In this document: in pieces, positions 61,665 to 64,000 of the stretch
Numbering within the stretch: the first letter of the stretch is position 1
How the letters are laid out: each line of letters starts with the position of its first letter
The notes under the pieces: generated by a model
The model's database searches: none
The model's input: the letters and a program-made list of their open reading frames with translations, nothing else
What the model was told of the DNA's origin: nothing
Made by a program: the position numbers and the translations under genes
NCBI GenBank assembly: GCA_002104945.1
Contig: MCFH01000009.1
Coordinates: 1-64,000, forward strand
Source: Piromyces finnis finn
Taxonomy: Eukaryota; Fungi; Neocallimastigomycota
Length of the DNA stretch: 64,000 nt
Reading direction: 5' to 3'

Positions 61665-62296
61665 GTTATCAAATTTTATTTAGTGCAATTAAAAAAAGAA
61701 TAAAGTACTTTAATAATTTTTTTTTTTTTATATTTATTTATCTGAATTTTAATAATAAACAAAAAATGAATAATAATAATAATAATAATAAAAATAAAAA
61801 TAAAAATAATAAAAATAATAATAATACTAATAATAATAACGATAACGATAACAACAGTATTTAATAAAATTATATATAATACTTTTTAACATTTAATAAA
61901 ATATATATATATATATATAAAGAAAGTTAATCTTTTTGTGAAAATATCTATTTAAAAATAATTTTTTTTCATCCATTTATTTTTGCTGTGATTCTTATTG
62001 TTTGTTAAAAATAGAATTAATAGTATTTATTATTAAATATAATCTTTGAAAAGGAAAATAATTATTAATCGTTGATATATTAATTTAAAAATCCTGTTTA
62101 TATTGTAGTATTTAAACAATAAAATAATATACATAATAAAACCTATATTTACGTCAAATAAATTAATAATACATAAATCTTATTCAAAATCATTTTATTA
62201 TTAACTAAAATCAATAATATATAGCAAATAACAATAAAAGAAATTATACTTCTATATATAGTTTTATGTTAATAATGATATAACGGGGTAAAGAAA

Positions 62297-62329
<33 letters not shown>

Positions 62330-62551
62330 TTCTAATAACAAAATTTTATGAAAAATAAAGTCAAAATAGAAAAAAAAAAAAATTTAAATATAAAAAATGA
62401 ACAATTATTTTTTTTTATTTTATCTATTTTAATTATTGCTATCTTTATTGCAGAGTATTTAAAAATTAAGAATTTAAACTAAAGAAAATTAAAAAACAAC
62501 ATAAAAAATAGATGCTAAAGTGTGATTTTAAAGAATTTTAATGTATATGTA

Positions 62552-62584
<33 letters not shown>

Positions 62585-62671
62585 CACAGATAAATTTTAT
62601 GAATTTATCTTATTTGTATATTATTAATTAAATATTTATATATATATTTGATATAATTAAGAATGTTATAT

Positions 62672-63639
62672 CTAATCTTCATCCTCTTCATCATCATCAT
62701 TTCCACAATTTTTAACACTTAAACCAGATATCCATATTCTTTGAGAATTTTGATCATTCTTAATATTTTGCCACCAGATAATGTTGTTTTTACATGTACT
62801 TTCTTCTGATGGATTTAAGAAAATAGTGGTATCAGATGACTATATAATGTATTTAAATATTCATATATTTTATTATTATTATTATTTTTTTTAAAATTTA
62901 TTAGTTTTATTAGAATTAATAGAAAATTATATTACTATGCTTGGAAGAGAAAGAAATTAAACAATACTTACAATCGTAATTTCTGGGTATTCTTCAGCAA
63001 GATTCCATTCATGACAAATACTAACATCTTTAGTTTGTTCATTGTAAACTCCAACATAAACCATCCAATCAGCAGAATCACTCTATTATATAAATATATA
63101 ATATCATTATGATTAATATAATAATAAGTAAAAGACATAATTATAAACTATAATATATATGTATATAATGTTTATTAAATAAATTAATAGAGATTAACCT
63201 TCATCTTGAATGCAATAGAAAAATCATCGGTAAAGTAATTATTTCTTCCTCTATCATTATATTTTTTAAATTGTAATGCAAGTGTATTTAAATAGACAGT
63301 ATTATTAAGATTAATTATATCGTTACCGATATATTTTTCATTTAAGTGATCCCATGAAATATCTTTCCAAATTAATGTATTTTTAAAAGCTGTACATTCA
63401 TCCTCATCTCTCTTTATAAAAGTCTTTTATATATACATTGATTTTTTTATTTATATATTATCATTAACTTTAGATATATTTTTCTTTTTCAATTTATATG
63501 TTATAATATTATTAATTGTTTTATTGTTTCATAATATACCTTTTCAAGTTTAACATTAGCAATTTCACCAGCATTATTATTATTTGAAATCCATACAATT
63601 GCATTTATATTATTTGCATTTGTTAAGAGTTTATATTGC

Positions 63640-63687
<48 letters not shown>

Positions 63688-63863
63688 ATGATAATATAAA
63701 AATATTTAGATACTATAAATGTTTAATGGAGAATAATAAATATTAATGAAAAAAAAATTACATTATCTTTTTTAGTAATACTTGGCTTATTAGTAGAATC
63801 AATAGATAAACTTTGTTTGTTCCATTGACCTATAGAAATATCCCAATCTTCAATATTTGAGTT
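62672..63863 (-). CDS. Unrecognised protein, at least five exons, acidic C-terminal tail; start uncertain or outside the window
   Basis: Five phase-0 GT-AG-bounded exons translate without stops: NSNIEDWDISIGQW...|QYKLLTNANNINAIVW...|TFIKRDEDECTAF...FSIAFKMK|SDSADWMVYVGVY...|SSDTTIFLNP...RIWISGLSVKNCGNDDDEEDED*. Confidence 0.65.
63642..63686. repeat. (TAT)n microsatellite in an intron, abutting the acceptor of the minus-strand gene
   Basis: Directly visible run of about 15 units. Confidence 0.9.
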
Positions 63864-64000
63864 CTTATGAATATTAAATATTTTTTTAAAAATATTGTTT
63901 ATTATATAAATACAACTATTAGTATTTTCTGATTTTAAACAAATTTATTTTTGTTCAGATTAAATAGTGACTTTAAAAATTTAATTATTCTCATATGTAC

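Overview
Extremely AT-rich, intron-rich eukaryotic genomic DNA, almost certainly from an anaerobic gut fungus (Neocallimastigomycota). Four genes carry the cysteine-rich CBM10-like fungal dockerin, and the GH11 and GH10 domains are of the Neocallimastix type. I reconstructed about 15 protein-coding genes by hand from GT-AG introns: a gene 3' end, a PAS-kinase-like kinase, a (Ser-Asn)n low-complexity protein, an MDC1-like FHA-repeat-tandem BRCT protein, a probable DUF5092 membrane protein, Aquarius helicase, two secreted CotH-dockerin kinases flanking an IKS1 kinase, a BTB protein, SNIP1/Pml1, a GH18 chitinase, a DPBB/GH45-type endoglucanase with three dockerins, a GH11+GH10 double xylanase with two dockerins, a SERCA Ca2+-ATPase and an unrecognised final gene. 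I saw no rRNA, tRNA, CRISPR array or intact mobile element. Best observations: (1) a full MDC1-type DNA-damage mediator, with the N-terminal DTQxI motif, gamma-H2A-reading BRCT residues, an independently built higher-order repeat and two micro-exons; (2) a 3-nt micro-exon supplying the Pro of the IKS1 kinase APE motif; (3) a cellulosomal GH45 with a subfamily-C-like scaffold that still has the subfamily A/B catalytic-base Asp; (4) a GH11-GH10 fusion and a CotH sharing Asn/Gln/Trp repeat linkers; (5) two catalytically intact CotH-dockerin ecto-kinases near dockerin CAZymes. Family assignments rest on motifs recalled from memory, not database searches, and exon boundaries are manual predictions.
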